A DNA stretch of 62,954 nt, the filler included, from Deltaproteobacteria bacterium (GTDB lineage Bacteria > JAUYMQ01): the NCBI GenBank assembly GCA_030698575.1. It is 6 parts of 6 records of this genome, joined end to end, with 100 filler letters (N's around TTAATTAATTAA, not from the genome) between each part and the next. Parts side by side here need not be neighbours in the genome. Positions count along the whole stretch, not along the records: positions 60,091 to 62,954 come from JAUYMQ010000414.1; 5 more parts are not named here. One strand, written 5' to 3'. Made by a program: the position numbers and the translations under genes. Position 1 is the first letter of the stretch, and every line of letters begins with the position of its first letter. Under the pieces are notes generated by a model, which saw nothing but the letters and a program-made list of their open reading frames with translations, was not told the origin of the DNA and did no database searches. Below are positions 62,596 through 62,954 of the stretch, in pieces.

Positions 62596-62954
62596 ATGGC
62601 CTTCGATCGCAGAACGTTTCTGAAGACCCTGGCGGCCGCGACGGCAAGCCTCGCGCTGCAGGGCGCGCGGACGCGTGGTGAGGAGCCTGCCGGCGCCGAT
62701 CGCCTGGGCCCGCTTCTTCCGCAGCGGCTGCTGGGGAGCACCGGGGCGTGGGTCACGATGCTGGGCGTCGGCGGCTGGCATCTCGGGGAAATTTCCGAAC
62801 GGGACGCGCAGAAAACCATCGAAGCCGCCCTCGAAGGAGGCATTCGTTTCTTCGACACGGCTGAGATGTACCAGGCGGGCCTCAGCGAGAACCGCTACGG
62901 AAAGTGGCTGGTGCCGAAATATCGCGACCTGGTTTTTCTGATGACGAAATCGGC
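62596..62954 (+). CDS. Tat-exported aldo/keto reductase, 3'-truncated (absent from the ORF track)
   Basis: MAFDRRTFLK twin-arginine signal; LGVGGWH, ALEGGIRFFDTAEMY, SENRYG, FLMTK. Confidence 0.88.
   Translation, partial: MAFDRRTFLKTLAAATASLALQGARTRGEEPAGADRLGPLLPQRLLGSTGAWVTMLGVGGWHLGEISERDAQKTIEAALEGGIRFFDTAEMYQAGLSENRYGKWLVPKYRDLVFLMTKS

Overview
High-GC bacterial DNA. It looks Myxococcota/deltaproteobacterial from gene content and protein style, which is an inference. The window is six contig pieces joined by artificial 100-nt N/TTAATTAATTAA spacers, so neighbourhood across a spacer means nothing. Piece 1 (1-10495): rarA 3' end, a REC-GGDEF cyclase, small hypotheticals, an LLM/F420-type oxidoreductase, and clpP-clpX-lon-HU-tRNA-Val-tRNA-Asp. 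Piece 2 (10596-20325): surface-glycan genes (GT2s, methyltransferase, DUF2304, a YfhO-type/flippase-like fusion, a Thr-nucleophile sulfatase-like enzyme). Piece 3 (20426-49676): uvrC, then a ~15 kb cell-surface-protein region with four PEP-CTERM genes, two IPTL-CTERM-like genes and two zinc metalloproteases, then comEC, a GGDEF protein, hisS, aspS and glpA-glpB-FeS-alkyl-DHAP-synthase-like genes. Pieces 4-5: nucleotide-sugar and EPS genes. Piece 6: two ECF sigma factors around an anti-sigma factor, and a Tat-exported aldo/keto reductase. Best candidate for an undescribed system: the three genes at 34051-37720, encoding a dockerin-like-tagged metalloprotease, a TIMP/OB-fold-like partner and a cohesin-like, TSP3-stalk protein with an exosortase-type anchor. 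This may be a miniature cellulosome-like protease display module in a Gram-negative cell. Also notable: a conserved enhancer-like array plus sigma-54 box shared by two PEP-CTERM loci, and two genes interrupted by single in-frame stops. All domain calls are by-eye motif recognition; no database searches were run.
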